A DNA stretch of 64,000 bases from Alphaproteobacteria bacterium (GCA_041584475.1 JBFHDX010000001.1:820-64819), one strand, 5' to 3'; counted from the stretch's first letter, positions 1 to 11,150 are shown. Notes: a model not told the origin generated them from the sequence alone. Translations and numbers: made by a program.

Positions 1-443
1 CGCCCGACATAATCCATAATGCGCGCGACGCCGTCGTCGGAGACCTCTGGCCCGACATCGTTGAGCACGACCGCGAGAAGCGTCGCGGGGACGGCGAGCG
101 CCATGCCCATCGCGAGGAATCCGCCGAACGACGTCCCGACGACGACGATGCGGTGGAGACCCTCGACCGTAAGCAGGTGCCTGACGTCGTTGATGTTCAG
201 GGACGGGTGGTAGTCGGAGGGGGCACGGGCGAATTCGGACTGGCCGCGGCCGCGGTAGTCGGGGCAGACGACGTATCGCGTCGTCATCAGACGTTTCGCC
301 AGCCGGTTGAAATCCTTGGAATTCCGCGTCAGACCCGGCAGGCAGAGTACCGGTGTGCCGGGCGCGCGCGGGTCGCCGTAGGCGCGGTAATAGAGCGATA
401 GCCCGTCTTGCGACAGATACCGGCGTTCCGCGTATTCCGCCAC
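1..443 (-). CDS. alpha/beta-fold hydrolase (N-terminal part only; gene runs off the left edge)
   Basis: I translated the minus strand myself from a GTG at 443: VAEYAERRYLSQDGLSLYYRAYGDPRAPGTPVLCLPGLTRNSKDF...HRIVVVGTSFGGFLAMGMALA. It has a nucleophile-elbow-like GTSFGG and an LPGLTRN oxyanion region. The ORF is open-ended, so it is absent from the ORF track. The GTG lies 1 nt after the TGA of the upstream HAD gene. Confidence 0.65.
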   Translation of the reverse strand, partial: MAEYAERRYLSQDGLSLYYRAYGDPRAPGTPVLCLPGLTRNSKDFNRLAKRLMTTRYVVCPDYRGRGQSEFARAPSDYHPSLNINDVRHLLTVEGLHRIVVVGTSFGGFLAMGMALAVPATLLAVVLNDVGPEVSDDGVARIMDYVG

Positions 444-444
444 G

Positions 445-1149
445 TCAGGCCAGTCCGAGGATCGCTGGCAATGCCGTCAGGTCGTCGACCTCGACGTCGG
501 GACGGCCGGGCAGGTTCTCGCGCGGCAGGCCGAAGCGGTTCACCCAGACGACCCGGAAGCCGAAATGGGAGGCCCCGTGCGCGTCCCAGGAATTCGAGGA
601 CAGGAAGCAGATTTCGCTCGGCGATACACCGATCCGCTCGGACGCCAGGCGATAGACCCTCGGGTCGGGCTTGTAGATGCCGACATCCTCGACCGACAGC
701 GTGTGGTCGAGTTCGGTGCCGATGCCGGCCGATTCCACGGCGGCCTCGAGCATCGCCGGGGCGCCGTTCGAGAGGATCGCCGTCGCCAATCCCGCCTTCT
801 TGAGATCGCGCAGCACCGCGGGGACCTCCGGATAGGCGTCCAGCTCTCGGTAGAGCGCCATGAGCCGTTCCCGCATCGCCTTGTCGTCGAGGCCCACGGC
901 TGCCATGGCGTAATCGAGGGCGTCCCCCGTAACACGCCAGAAATCGACATGGGCGGCCATCAAGCTTCGCAGCCAGGTATATTGCAGCTGTTTCTGGCGC
1001 CAGATATCGGACAGGCGATCGGCCTTGTCGCCGAGATCGTCGCGGCAGCGGTTGGCGGCGGCGTGGACGTCGAACAGCGTTCCGTAGGCGTCGAAAACGC
1101 ACGCGCGAATTCCCTCGAGCCGGGCAGCGGCCATGGACATGGTTCCCAT
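445..1149 (-). CDS. haloacid dehalogenase type II (HAD superfamily)
   Basis: ORF 445..1224. It carries the DAYGTLFD nucleophile motif, SNG, and a C-terminal SSNSWDAHGA, which are typical of L-2-haloacid dehalogenases. I placed the start at an internal Met (MGTMSMAA...); the first 25 codons of the track ORF look like an upstream extension. Confidence 0.85.
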   Translation of the reverse strand: MGTMSMAAARLEGIRACVFDAYGTLFDVHAAANRCRDDLGDKADRLSDIWRQKQLQYTWLRSLMAAHVDFWRVTGDALDYAMAAVGLDDKAMRERLMALYRELDAYPEVPAVLRDLKKAGLATAILSNGAPAMLEAAVESAGIGTELDHTLSVEDVGIYKPDPRVYRLASERIGVSPSEICFLSSNSWDAHGASHFGFRVVWVNRFGLPRENLPGRPDVEVDDLTALPAILGLA

Positions 1150-1272
1150 ACGCAGCGTACCGGAACCCGCCACGTCCCTCTGGCTGGGCCCGGCACACGA
1201 CCTTATTAGCGCAGGTCGGGGCAAAGGGGAACGTCTGCCGGCCGCGAAGCGCGACTGCGCTCCGATCGGAAG

Positions 1273-3444
1273 CTACCGCATTTCGGAATTGGTGAACCCG
1301 CCGGGAGGACCCGCGAGATCCTCGGGCTGCAGCACCGCCACGCGCCCGCCCGCAAGCTTCGAGCGATAGATCGGCAAGGTCTCCAGGACGCGTTGGACAT
1401 AATTGCGGGTCTCGGAGAAGGGGATCGACTCGATCCAGTCGATGGTCTGGTCCAGCGACCCTCGCGGATCGCCATGTTCCTCGAGCCAGCCATCGACGCG
1501 GTGCGGACCCGCATTGTAGGCGGCGAGCGCCATGACCATCGATCCGTCGAACCTCTCGAGCATCGAATCGAGATATGTGGTGCCGAGCAGAACGTTGTGA
1601 TCGGGATCGCTCGTCAACCGTTCCGTCGAGTGATTCGGCAGCTTGAGGGTTCGGGCGACGCGACGGGCGGTACCCGGCATGAGCTGCATCAGGCCCCGCG
1701 CACCGGCTCGGCTGCGGGCGCCGGGGTCAAAGCCGCTCTCCTGGCGTACGAGGGCATGCACGAGGGCCGGGTCGGGGGGCATCTCATCGGAAATCGAGAG
1801 CACCGGGTAACCCAGATCCTCGAGGACGACACCGTCTCGGGCCGCGCGCCGCGCGACGTACACCGCGGTTTCGGTGCGTCCGGTCTCGCGCGCCAGCTGC
1901 GCGGCGAGAACCCACTCCTCGGGGGTACCGCTGCGCCGGGCGATATGCCGAAGCAGCGGCACGAGGGCATCCTTGTCCTCGAGTCCGGCAAGGAAGCCGC
2001 CGGGATCGAGATCGGGATCGACCGCCCCGCCCGACCTCCGATCCTTGAGCGCGGGATCATCGCGCAGCGCCACCAGCAGCCGCACGGCCCGCACCAGCTC
2101 GTCGCGATCGAAGGCGGCGCGCGCCCGAGGTGAAATCGATGGCTGCTCGGGCAGTGCGGTCGTCGGTCCCTCGGCCAGCCTGTGGGCGGCGAGCTGGCCG
2201 TAGAAGGTCGTTACGTTGGAAGCCGCGATGCGGTACCAGTTTTGCGCCGCGGACGCGTCGCCGCCGGCTTCGGCCGCGCGACCCGCCCAATAGGACGCTC
2301 TGGCCCGGCTGATCGGATAGCGAACGGAGTCGTAAAGCCCTGCGAAATGGCGGTGCGCCGTGCCGGCATCGTCGAGGGACCGCAGCGCGATCCAGCCGGC
2401 GAGAAACTCCGCATCCGCGCGCGCGGTGCCCTCGCTGAGGCCGTGCTCGGCGACGATGCGATAGGCGGTCGCCGCATCACCTGCAGCAAGCAGTCGACGC
2501 GCCAGGATTTCACGCTCGCGCCACCAGCGTTGCGGATAGGGTGTATCGACGACAGGCGCCAGCAGGATCTGCACCGCCGCCTGGTCCTTGTCGCGACGCC
2601 TGTGCCACCGCAGGCGCTCATAGGCGAGCCCGGGGTCGGAAGCCAGACTGGCCGGAACCCGGTCAAGCGCGGCATCGACCCCGTGTCGTCCGCGCATCAG
2701 CCTGAGCTTCGCCTCCGCAAGCGCTCGCTGCCCCTCTCCGACGCGCGTCATCTGACGACGCGCAGCCGTGAGACGTCTCATCCACAGCAAGCGGTCCAGA
2801 CGCGCCGTGTGGTCTTCCGCCTCGAGATACGGGCCGAAGCGCTTCAGGAACTCCGACTCGAGCTCGCTTTTCATGTCCAGGTGACGCCATGCGTCACGGA
2901 TGATCGTGATCGCCCGCTTCTCGTCGCCCCGGCGCAACAGGGCGGCGGCATAGGCGAGCGCGCCTTCGCCGGTTCTCGGCTCGTGCGCGTCGAACCAGCG
3001 TAACACCTCCTCGGCCGGGGTTTCCGGCACGATCGCGCGTTCCGCCCGGATCCGCAGAAGCGAAAGTCGCGGCCACTTCGCATTCGCCTCGATGAAGCGC
3101 GTGATCGAGTCGAACGACGCGTCGGTGTCTTCGTCCTGAAACGTCACCCACAATGCGAGCTTGGCTGTCAGGCTCTGTCCGTCGCCAGCCGGTGCTGTCG
3201 GCGCCGTCGGCACGGCTTCGCCCGACGGAAATAGCGAGGGAAGTTCGCGCACGATCGGAACCCGCGGCTCCGGTGCCAGTGGGTTACGGTCGCGGACGTC
3301 CGTTGGCTTCTCGGCAAGTTGCGGGTCGGCAACCGCCTCGAGCGGGGGTGTGGTCGCGCGCGCAAGCGTTCCCGTCATCGCGAGAATGACGGTTGCAAAA
3401 ATGACCGCGATCCCTGTCCTGCCGACTTTCAATCTCCTCGCCAT
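1273..3444 (-). CDS. slt: soluble lytic murein transglycosylase (Slt70-like, SLT domain)
   Basis: ORF 1273..3495. The C-terminal SLT catalytic region reads LVRQESGFDPGARSRAGARGLMQLMPGTA...AYNAGP. A long superhelical repeat region lies N-terminal to it. The signal-peptide-like MARRLKVGRTGIAVIFATVILAMTGTLARA suggests a start at 3444. Confidence 0.85.
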   Translation of the reverse strand: MARRLKVGRTGIAVIFATVILAMTGTLARATTPPLEAVADPQLAEKPTDVRDRNPLAPEPRVPIVRELPSLFPSGEAVPTAPTAPAGDGQSLTAKLALWVTFQDEDTDASFDSITRFIEANAKWPRLSLLRIRAERAIVPETPAEEVLRWFDAHEPRTGEGALAYAAALLRRGDEKRAITIIRDAWRHLDMKSELESEFLKRFGPYLEAEDHTARLDRLLWMRRLTAARRQMTRVGEGQRALAEAKLRLMRGRHGVDAALDRVPASLASDPGLAYERLRWHRRRDKDQAAVQILLAPVVDTPYPQRWWREREILARRLLAAGDAATAYRIVAEHGLSEGTARADAEFLAGWIALRSLDDAGTAHRHFAGLYDSVRYPISRARASYWAGRAAEAGGDASAAQNWYRIAASNVTTFYGQLAAHRLAEGPTTALPEQPSISPRARAAFDRDELVRAVRLLVALRDDPALKDRRSGGAVDPDLDPGGFLAGLEDKDALVPLLRHIARRSGTPEEWVLAAQLARETGRTETAVYVARRAARDGVVLEDLGYPVLSISDEMPPDPALVHALVRQESGFDPGARSRAGARGLMQLMPGTARRVARTLKLPNHSTERLTSDPDHNVLLGTTYLDSMLERFDGSMVMALAAYNAGPHRVDGWLEEHGDPRGSLDQTIDWIESIPFSETRNYVQRVLETLPIYRSKLAGGRVAVLQPEDLAGPPGGFTNSEMR

Positions 3445-3652
3445 CGGTTGCTCTCTCGCGGAATCCCCCATCAGAGCTTGCGCCATAATTATCATCCAAG
3501 TCTATCAAGAATCAGTAAAAACGCGGATCACATCCGCGCGGGCCGCGGCGGTGCTTGCCGCATCCGTCCATGGCCTGTAAGGTCCGGCGAACGGCGCCGC
3601 GCCAACGGCACGGCCGAGGCGCGTGCGGCGGATCCGACCCGAGGAGAGAGCA

Positions 3653-4528
3653 ATGTTCAGCGGCTCCATAACCGCCCTGATCACGCCGTTCCGCAATGGC
3701 AGCGTCGATGAGACGGCGTTCGCCGATTTCGTCGAGTGGCAGATCCAGGAAGGTTCGCACGGCGTCGTGCCCGTCGGCACGACGGGTGAATCACCCACCC
3801 TGAGCCATGCCGAGCACAAGCGGGTCGTGGAACTCTGCGTAGAGGTTGTCGACGGCCGGGTTCCGGTGATCGCCGGGACCGGCTCGAACGCGACGGCCGA
3901 GGCCATCGACCTCACGCGTCACGCGAAAGAGGCCGGTGCATCGGCGGCACTGGTCGTGACGCCCTACTACAACAAGCCGACCCAGGACGGCCTGTTCCGG
4001 CATTACGAGGCCATCGCCGGCGCCGTCGACATTCCGATCATCATCTACAACATCCCCGGCCGCAGCGTGGTCGACGTGTCCGTTGACACGATGGCGCGTC
4101 TCGCCAAGCTGCCCAACGTCGTCGGCGTCAAGGATGCGACCAACGATCTGTCGCGACCGCTGGCCACGCGGACCGCGATCGGACCCGATTTCTGCCAGTT
4201 GTCGGGCGAGGACGCCACGGTTGCCGCCTTCCTCGCCCAGGGCGGGCACGGCTGCATCTCGGTGACCTCGAACGTCGCGCCCCGGCTCTGCGCCGACCTG
4301 CATGAATCGTGGCGCGAACGGGACTACGACCGGTTCGCGGAGGTTCGCGATCGCCTGATGCCGCTGCACGCCGCGCTGTTCTGTGAGAGCAGCCCGGGCC
4401 CCGTGAAGTATGCGGCGAGCCTGCTCGGCAAATGTACCGCGGACACCCGCATGCCGCTGGTGCCGATCGCCGAGTCCAGCCGGGCCCGGGTCGAACAGGC
4501 GATGCGAACGGTCGGGCTGCTCAACTGA
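3653..4528 (+). CDS. dapA: 4-hydroxy-tetrahydrodipicolinate synthase
   Basis: [13 protein letters not shown]...[17 protein letters not shown]...YYNKP...NIPGRS is the DapA signature. The ATG at 3653 is preceded by GAGGAGAGAG. Confidence 0.95.
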   Translation: MFSGSITALITPFRNGSVDETAFADFVEWQIQEGSHGVVPVGTTGESPTLSHAEHKRVVELCVEVVDGRVPVIAGTGSNATAEAIDLTRHAKEAGASAALVVTPYYNKPTQDGLFRHYEAIAGAVDIPIIIYNIPGRSVVDVSVDTMARLAKLPNVVGVKDATNDLSRPLATRTAIGPDFCQLSGEDATVAAFLAQGGHGCISVTSNVAPRLCADLHESWRERDYDRFAEVRDRLMPLHAALFCESSPGPVKYAASLLGKCTADTRMPLVPIAESSRARVEQAMRTVGLLN

Positions 4529-4532
4529 CCAC

Positions 4533-5000
4533 ATGAACAAGCGGACGGGTGGGCGCGTGGCGGCCGAGAACCGGCGGGCGCGTCGCGACTACACCATCGA
4601 GGAGACGATCGAAGCGGGTCTCGTGCTGGTCGGCAGCGAGGTGAAATCCTTGCGCGCCGGCCAGGCCAGCCTCGCGGAGTCCTACGCCGGCGCGAAGGAC
4701 GGTGCGATCTGGCTCATCAACTGTCACATACCGCCCTACAGACAAGCCGGCACGCTGAATCACGAAGAGCGGCGACCACGCAAACTGCTGTTGCACAAGC
4801 GCGAACAGGAACGTCTGCTGGGTGCCGTCAAACGCGAAGGGGTCACGCTCGTCCCCCTAAAGCTCTATTTCAACGAGCGCGGAATGGCGAAGCTGCTGAT
4901 CGGACTCGCGAAGGGCAAGAAGCGACAGGACAAGCGGCAAAGCGAGAAGGAGCGCGACTGGAAGCGTCAGAAGGCGCGGCTGATGCGTGAGAAGGGCTAG
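4533..5000 (+). CDS. smpB: SsrA-binding protein SmpB
   Basis: The internal Met of ORF 4410..5000 gives [41 protein letters not shown]...LLLHKRE, the SmpB hallmark. Confidence 0.95.
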   Translation: MNKRTGGRVAAENRRARRDYTIEETIEAGLVLVGSEVKSLRAGQASLAESYAGAKDGAIWLINCHIPPYRQAGTLNHEERRPRKLLLHKREQERLLGAVKREGVTLVPLKLYFNERGMAKLLIGLAKGKKRQDKRQSEKERDWKRQKARLMREKG

Positions 5001-5662
5001 CCGGCGTCCGCGCGATGACTAGGTTCGGCGTCCAGCTTCGCCCTTATCGTGGCGAAGACTTCGCGGAACATCGCCTCGGTCAGGCGGCCGGTGTTGGTGT
5101 TGTAGCGCGAGCAATGGTAGCTGTCGGCCAACCACCTGCCATCCGGCAACGGGTGGCATGCTCCATGGGCAAACGGATACCGTGCCGCGACGAGGTCGAG
5201 CGCGCGCAGAACCGCCCTGTGCGCGACCATGCCGAGTGCGACGATCCCTCGGTTCGCGCCACCGTGCATCAGCTCCGACCTCAGGAACGGGTTGCACGTG
5301 ATTATCTCTTGCGTTGTCGGCTTGTTCTCCGGCGGCACGCAGCGGACCGCATTTACGATGCGGCAGTCGACGAGCTGAAACCCGTCATCCGGACGCGCTG
5401 CATAGGTACCGCTGCCGAACCCGAAAGCCCGCAACGTGGCGTACAGGAGGTCGCCTGCATAGTCACCCGTGAACGGCCGACCCGTGCGATTGGCGCCGCG
5501 CAGCCCCGGCGCGAGCCCGACGATCAGGAGGCGTGCACCGGGCGGTCCGAAGGACGGGACCGGCGCATTGTGCCAATCGGGGTAGCTCGCAGCATTCCTG
5601 CGTCTGAAGGCGACCAGCCGGGGACAACGCGAACAGTCGCGCTCCGGCACGTCGAGGCCCAC
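4997..5662 (-). CDS. uracil-DNA glycosylase superfamily protein (family 4/5-like)
   Basis: CSRCPRL...[29 protein letters not shown]...HCSRYN matches the UDG family 4/5 motifs. It converges on smpB with a 4-nt overlap. Confidence 0.8.
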   Translation of the reverse strand: MGLDVPERDCSRCPRLVAFRRRNAASYPDWHNAPVPSFGPPGARLLIVGLAPGLRGANRTGRPFTGDYAGDLLYATLRAFGFGSGTYAARPDDGFQLVDCRIVNAVRCVPPENKPTTQEIITCNPFLRSELMHGGANRGIVALGMVAHRAVLRALDLVAARYPFAHGACHPLPDGRWLADSYHCSRYNTNTGRLTEAMFREVFATIRAKLDAEPSHRADAG

Positions 5663-5691
5663 CGTACGGGCCGCGCTGCTGTCGGATCGGC

Positions 5692-6315
5692 TCAGCTGAC
5701 GACGCCGTATGCCGGCTCGTCGCTGTCGGCGATCTCCAGTGTCTCGGGCTCATCGTCCAGATCGTGCGGCGGCCGCGGCGTGTGGACCCGGGCGATCTGG
5801 TCGGCGATGTCCTGCAACTCGATGAAATTGTCGGCCTGGCGCCGCAGCTCGTCGGCGACCATCGGCGGCGATGAACGCACAGTGCTCACCACGCTGACGC
5901 GAACGCCTTTCCGCTGGGTCGCCTCAACCAGACAGCGGAAGTCGCCGTCGCCGGAGAACAGGACGACATGATCTAGCCTTTCCGCCATTTCCATGACGTC
6001 GGTGGCCAGCTCGATGTCCATGTTCCCTTTGATCTTCCGACGGCCCGCGGAGTCCGTGAACTCCTTCGTCGGCTTCGTCACCATCGTGTAGCCGTTGTAA
6101 TCGAGCCAGTCGACCAGGGGTCGTATCGGTGAGTACTCTTGATCATCGATCAGCGCGGTGTAGTAGAACGCCCGGACAAGCCGGCCTTCCTTGGAGAACA
6201 GGGCCAAGAGCCGCTTGTAATCGATGTCGAAACCAAGTGCGCGTGCGGCAGCGTAGAGGTTCGCACCATCAATGAATAATGCGACCCGCTCTTCCGGATA
6301 GAAATTCATTGGCAT
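5692..6315 (-). CDS. NYN-domain (LabA/DUF88-like) protein
   Basis: RVALFIDGANLY...VLFSGDGDFRCLVEATQRKGVRVSVVS is the PIN-like NYN core. This gene is commonly found next to rpoZ-relA in alphaproteobacteria. Confidence 0.8.
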   Translation of the reverse strand: MPMNFYPEERVALFIDGANLYAAARALGFDIDYKRLLALFSKEGRLVRAFYYTALIDDQEYSPIRPLVDWLDYNGYTMVTKPTKEFTDSAGRRKIKGNMDIELATDVMEMAERLDHVVLFSGDGDFRCLVEATQRKGVRVSVVSTVRSSPPMVADELRRQADNFIELQDIADQIARVHTPRPPHDLDDEPETLEIADSDEPAYGVVS

Positions 6316-6583
6316 GTTTATGACCTGATCGTATCAATACAGAGCAGCGGCGAAATAGCGAACGATTCAGTACCGTCCAGTACCGTATTCCAATCCTGTT
6401 CAAATCTGCAGCATAGCCTTGGATTCTTGAGGCAGGCCACCGATTTAACAGTGAAAATTAGTTTCGTTACCAAAATCTAGCCCGCGTCAAAGCAACCGGC
6501 AAGGCTGTTTCGCGAAAAAAATTAAAAAAGTGTTAACGAGTGGGTGGATATTGTCGCCACGGCCGGAGCTGCGGGTAAACCGC

Positions 6584-6612
6584 TTGCAACCCCCTACGCC
6601 GGACCCTATATT
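6584..6612 (+). promoter_or_regulatory. sigma70-type promoter candidate for rpoZ-relA/spoT
   Basis: TTGCAA (6584-6589), a 17-nt spacer, then TATATT (6607-6612), about 40 nt upstream of the rpoZ ATG. It lies in an AT-rich 336-nt intergenic region. Confidence 0.4.
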
Positions 6613-6651
6613 CCTCGCCGCTTCGCTAATGATTCTGGAGGATTACGCCAC

Positions 6652-7062
6652 ATGGCGCGCGTAACGGTCGAAGACTGCGTCGTAAAGGTTCCGAACCGGT
6701 TCGATCTGGTGTTGTTGGCTGCTCATCGCAGTCGGGCCGTTTCCGCGGGGGCGCCGCTGACGCTCGATCGCGACAACGACAAGAACCCTGTTGTCGCACT
6801 GCGCGAGATCGCAGAAGAGACGGTCGGTACCGATGAGACGAGTGAATCGCTGATCCGCAGCCTCCAGCGGCACGTCGAGATCGACGAGCCCGAGGAAGAG
6901 GATACGCTGGAGCTTATGGCCGGCGCCATCATGGCGGGCGAAGATGCGGATCCGAGCCAGTATCTCAAGGAAGGCGAACTGGTTGAGCGTTCCGATGAGG
7001 AAGAGGGGCCGGCGACGCCGGCCGAGGCGGAGCCGTCCGCGGAGCCCGAGTCTGACGGGTAA
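6652..7062 (+). CDS. rpoZ: DNA-directed RNA polymerase subunit omega
   Basis: [28 protein letters not shown]... followed by an acidic C-terminal tail. The ATG at 6652 is preceded by GGAGGA. Confidence 0.9.
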   Translation: MARVTVEDCVVKVPNRFDLVLLAAHRSRAVSAGAPLTLDRDNDKNPVVALREIAEETVGTDETSESLIRSLQRHVEIDEPEEEDTLELMAGAIMAGEDADPSQYLKEGELVERSDEEEGPATPAEAEPSAEPESDG

Positions 7063-7116
7063 TCGGCCGCCCGCACTTCCCATGATGCCGCCTCGCCGAT
7101 TGTGGAACGACGCGGC

Positions 7117-9255
7117 ATGATTCGTCAGTACGAGCTTGTCGAGCGCGTAAAGAGCTACGATCCCGGCGCGGACGAGGACGCGATCAACCGCGCCTACGTG
7201 TTCTCGATGAAGGCGCACGGCTCCCAGCTTCGTGCTTCCGGCGACCCCTATTTCTCGCACCCCGTCGAAGTCGCGGGCATCCTCTCCGGCATGAAGCTGG
7301 ACGCGGCTTCGATCATAACCGGACTGCTGCACGATACGGTTGAAGACACGGTCGCCACGCTCAAGGACATCCGAGATCTCTTCGGCGACGAGATCGCGCG
7401 CCTGGTGGACGGCGTAACGAAGCTGAGCCAGATCGAGCTGCAGTCCGACAAGTCGCGCCAGGCGGAAAATTTCCGCAAGCTCGTCCTGGCGATGTCCGAG
7501 GACATCCGCGTTCTGCTCGTCAAACTGGCGGACCGGCTCCACAACATGCGCACGCTCGGTTACGTGAAGAGCGAGGAGAAGCGCAAACGGACCGCCCGCG
7601 AGACGATGGACATCTACGCGCCGCTAGCGGAGCGCATCGGCATTCGGGACTGGAAGGACGAGCTGGAGGATCTCGCTTTTCGTGAGCTGAACCCGGACGC
7701 CCACGGTTCGGTGACAAAGCGCTTGGAGTTCCTGCGCGAGCGGGGTGGTGACCTGGTCGGTCGCGTCATTGCCGAGCTGAAGGACACGCTGGCGGAATCC
7801 GGTGTCAAGGCGACGATCACCGGGCGCGAGAAGACGCCCTACTCGATCTGGCGCAAGATGCAGAAGAACAATGTCGGGTTCGAACAGCTGTCCGACATCA
7901 TGGCGTTTCGCATTATCGTCGATACCGTCGACGAGTGCTACCGGGCGCTGGGCGTCATCCACAACACCTATCGCGTGGTGCCCGGACGGTTCAAGGACTA
8001 CATCTCGATCCCCAAATCGAACGGCTATCGCTCGATCCATAGCGGGGTCATCGGCCCGCAGAACCAGCGTATCGAAATCCAGATCCGCACCCGCGACATG
8101 CACGAGGTCGCCGAGCTGGGGGTTGCCGCGCACTGGTCGTACAAGCAGGGTGGCGTCCCGACCGAAGGCAAGCAGTACCGCTGGCTGCGGCAGTTGCTCG
8201 AAATCCTTGAACATGCGGCCGAGCCCGAGGAGTTCCTCGAGCACACGAAGCTGGAAATGTTCAGCGACCAGGTGTTCTGTTTTTCGCCCAAGGGCGACCT
8301 GTACGCGCTGCCACATGGGGCCACGCCCGTGGACTTCGCCTACGCGGTTCACAGCGAGGTGGGCAACGCCTGTGTGGGCGCCAAGATCAACGGCCGCATC
8401 GTGCCGCTGCGCAGCCGGTTGCGCAACGGCGATCAGGTTGAAATCATAACGTCAAAGGCGCAGACCCCGTCACCGACGTGGGAGAGTTTCGTCGTGACCG
8501 GCAAGGCCCGGGCGTGCATTCGGCGCTTCGTCCGTGGCCAGCAGCGCTCGCAGTACATAAGCCTCGGTCGCGAAATCATCGCCAAGACGTTCCGACAGGA
8601 TGGCTACGATCTGACCGAGAAGGCCCTCAAGGGCGTCCTGAAGAGCTTTGGCTGCCACGATGTCGACGACCTCTACGCCGTCGTCGGCGAGGGTCAGCAC
8701 ACCGGGCGCGAGGTGCTCTGGGCGGTGTTCCCCGGTGCCAGGAAGGAGCGGTCGCAGAAAGTGGTGCCGCTGTCGCGGGCGAGTGCCCGTGCGGGCAAGG
8801 ACGACGCGGTACCGATCCGCGGGCTCATTGCCGGAATGGCGGTTCATTTTGCCGGATGTTGCCATCCGCTGCCTGGCGACCGCATCGTCGGAATCGTCAC
8901 CACGGGCAAGGGTGTGACGATTCATACGATCGACTGCGAGACGCTCGAGGGATTTGCCGACATGCCTGAGCGCTGGCTCGACGTGTCGTGGGATATAGGC
9001 TCCGCCGAGCCGCCGATCCGCGTCGGCCGCATCCACATCGTCGTCGCGAACGAGCCGGGCAGCCTCGGCACCATATCGACGGTCATCGGCCGTGACGGCG
9101 GGAACATCACCAACCTGAAAATCACCCACCGCTCGGTTGATTTCTTCGAGATCCTGATCGATATCGAGGTTACCGACCTTAAACAATTGACTGATATCAT
9201 GGCTGCACTCCGGGCCACGCGTGTCGTCAATTCGGTCGACCGGGCACGTGGCTGA
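7117..9255 (+). CDS. spoT: bifunctional (p)ppGpp synthetase/hydrolase (RelA/SpoT homologue, Rsh)
   Basis: The HD hydrolase region (HPVEVA...LHDTVEDT), the synthetase region (KTPYSIWRKM...RSIH...EIQIRT), TGS and a C-terminal ACT domain are all recognisable. The start may be 7102 or 7117. Confidence 0.95.
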   Translation: MIRQYELVERVKSYDPGADEDAINRAYVFSMKAHGSQLRASGDPYFSHPVEVAGILSGMKLDAASIITGLLHDTVEDTVATLKDIRDLFGDEIARLVDGVTKLSQIELQSDKSRQAENFRKLVLAMSEDIRVLLVKLADRLHNMRTLGYVKSEEKRKRTARETMDIYAPLAERIGIRDWKDELEDLAFRELNPDAHGSVTKRLEFLRERGGDLVGRVIAELKDTLAESGVKATITGREKTPYSIWRKMQKNNVGFEQLSDIMAFRIIVDTVDECYRALGVIHNTYRVVPGRFKDYISIPKSNGYRSIHSGVIGPQNQRIEIQIRTRDMHEVAELGVAAHWSYKQGGVPTEGKQYRWLRQLLEILEHAAEPEEFLEHTKLEMFSDQVFCFSPKGDLYALPHGATPVDFAYAVHSEVGNACVGAKINGRIVPLRSRLRNGDQVEIITSKAQTPSPTWESFVVTGKARACIRRFVRGQQRSQYISLGREIIAKTFRQDGYDLTEKALKGVLKSFGCHDVDDLYAVVGEGQHTGREVLWAVFPGARKERSQKVVPLSRASARAGKDDAVPIRGLIAGMAVHFAGCCHPLPGDRIVGIVTTGKGVTIHTIDCETLEGFADMPERWLDVSWDIGSAEPPIRVGRIHIVVANEPGSLGTISTVIGRDGGNITNLKITHRSVDFFEILIDIEVTDLKQLTDIMAALRATRVVNSVDRARG

Positions 9256-9325
9256 CGGCAAGGCGATCGGACTGCGGGGAGCAAGGGTTGGATCGTCCGG
9301 CGGATGATCCGGTTTGGTTAGGGGC

Positions 9326-9991
9326 ATGTTCAAGCGCCGCAAGCAGCAACCGGTCCACCACAGGGTGGGGAATCTCTTCTGGCCGCGTATCGGATGGGGC
9401 CGGGCGTTTCGCTATTTGTGGCACCGCGTCCTGCGCCTGCACGGGACCCCGTACAGCATTGCTGCCGGGATCGCGTGCGGTGTCGCCATATCCTTCACGC
9501 CGCTCGCCGGTGCGCACTTCCTTTTGTCCGCGTTGTTCGCCTGGCTCATCGGCGGCAACATCGTGGCATCGCTGATCGGGACTGCGGCGGGAAATCCCTG
9601 GACCTTCCCCTTCATATGGTTGTGGACCTACGAGCTCGGCACGGCCTTCGGCGCCGGGCGCGACCTCGCGCCGGGAGCGGTGAACCCAAACTTCGCGCAA
9701 TTGTTCGGCGATCTCCTCGTCGCCATGCTGCGTTTCGATATCGGTGCGCCCTTCCTGCACAAGGTCTGGGTCGTCTGGTGGCCCATGATGGTGGGCAGCA
9801 TCCCGAGTGCGATACTGGCATGGCTGGCGACCTATCTGGTATTGAGGCCGTTGGTAGCTGCCTATCAGCATCGCAGGATCCTGCGACGGCGAAAGAAGCG
9901 GCACGCCCGGCTCGAAGCGCAAAGGGCGGAGAAACGAGCCGTCGAGGCCGTTGCCGTGATGGCGGGATTGAAAAAGGAGTTTCACCGATGA
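9326..9991 (+). CDS. DUF2062-family membrane protein
   Basis: MFKRRKQQ...[58 protein letters not shown] is the pattern I associate with DUF2062. It overlaps pdxJ by 4 nt. Confidence 0.7.
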   Translation: MFKRRKQQPVHHRVGNLFWPRIGWGRAFRYLWHRVLRLHGTPYSIAAGIACGVAISFTPLAGAHFLLSALFAWLIGGNIVASLIGTAAGNPWTFPFIWLWTYELGTAFGAGRDLAPGAVNPNFAQLFGDLLVAMLRFDIGAPFLHKVWVVWWPMMVGSIPSAILAWLATYLVLRPLVAAYQHRRILRRRKKRHARLEAQRAEKRAVEAVAVMAGLKKEFHR

Positions 9992-10743
9992 AACGCCCGC
10001 TGCGCCTTGGCGTGAACATCGACCACGTGGCCACGATCCGCAACGCGCGCGGCGGCCGTGACCCCGACCCGGTGCGTGCCGCCAAGCTTGCGGCCAATGC
10101 CGGGGCAGACGGCATCACCGCGCACCTCCGCGAAGATCGGCGGCACATTACCGACGGCGACATCACCCGTCTGTCGAGCGAGATCGAACTGCCGCTGAAC
10201 CTGGAGATGGCCGCCACCGAGGAGATGCTTGCGATCGCCTTGCGCCACCGGCCGCACGCGGCGTGCATCGTCCCGGAAAAACGCGAAGAACGAACGACGG
10301 AGGGCGGACTCGATGTGGTCGGCGGGTTCGAGCATCTGCAGCCCTATGTCGGGCGGTTGAACGACGCCGGTATCCGCGTCTCGCTGTTCGTAGAGCCGGA
10401 TACGTCGCAACTCGACGCGGCGGTGGCGCTCGGGGCGCCGGTGGTCGAGCTGCATACGGGCAGCTACGCGAACCTGGAGGGCGCCGCTCGCAGGGCGGAA
10501 CTCGATCGACTGATGGCCGCCGCGGCCCACTGCGAGAAACTCGGTCTGGAGTGCCACGCCGGCCACGGCCTGACCTTCGAGAATGTCGGGCCGGTCGCGG
10601 CGATCCGTCAGGTCGTGGAGCTCAATATCGGCCACTTCCTGATCGGCGAGGCGATCTTCGGCGGACTCGACAGCACGGTGAAGCGCATGCGCGCGCTCAT
10701 GGACAAGGCCCGGGCGGAAGCACAGGGTCAGCAGAGCGCGTGA
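9988..10743 (+). CDS. pdxJ: pyridoxine 5'-phosphate synthase
   Basis: [26 protein letters not shown]...[16 protein letters not shown]...ELHTG...ECHAGHGL is the PdxJ signature. Confidence 0.95.
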   Translation: MKRPLRLGVNIDHVATIRNARGGRDPDPVRAAKLAANAGADGITAHLREDRRHITDGDITRLSSEIELPLNLEMAATEEMLAIALRHRPHAACIVPEKREERTTEGGLDVVGGFEHLQPYVGRLNDAGIRVSLFVEPDTSQLDAAVALGAPVVELHTGSYANLEGAARRAELDRLMAAAAHCEKLGLECHAGHGLTFENVGPVAAIRQVVELNIGHFLIGEAIFGGLDSTVKRMRALMDKARAEAQGQQSA

Positions 10744-11150
10744 TGATTCTCGGAATCGGCAACGACCTGATCGACATCCGTCGCGTCGAGGCGACGCTAC
10801 GGCGGTTTCCGGGCCGCTTCGAGGAGAGGATCTTCACCGATATCGAGCGGCAGAAATCCGATCGGCGCGCCAATCGGGCGGCCAGCTATGCCAAGCGGTT
10901 CGCCGCGAAGGAGGCGTGCTCGAAGGCGCTGGGCACGGGTTTCCGGCGCGGCGTCTTTTGGCGCGACATGGGGGTCGTCAACCTGCCCTCCGGCAAGCCG
11001 ACCATGACACTCACCGGTGGTGCGTTGCTGCGACTGCAGGAAATCACGCCCGACGGTCTCGTCGCACAGATCGATCTGACGATCACCGACGACTTCCCGC
11101 TGGCCCAGGCAATCGTCATAATTTCCGGAATCTCGTCGACGGCTCGCTGA
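10743..11150 (+). CDS. acpS: holo-[acyl-carrier-protein] synthase
   Basis: [14 protein letters not shown]...[14 protein letters not shown]. The ATG overlaps the pdxJ TGA by 1 nt. Confidence 0.9.
   Translation: MILGIGNDLIDIRRVEATLRRFPGRFEERIFTDIERQKSDRRANRAASYAKRFAAKEACSKALGTGFRRGVFWRDMGVVNLPSGKPTMTLTGGALLRLQEITPDGLVAQIDLTITDDFPLAQAIVIISGISSTAR

Noticed and set aside
4400-5100. Looked for tmRNA (ssrA) next to smpB.
   Set aside because: smpB is flanked directly by dapA and by a convergent, overlapping UDG gene. There is no non-coding space or tRNA-like end here.
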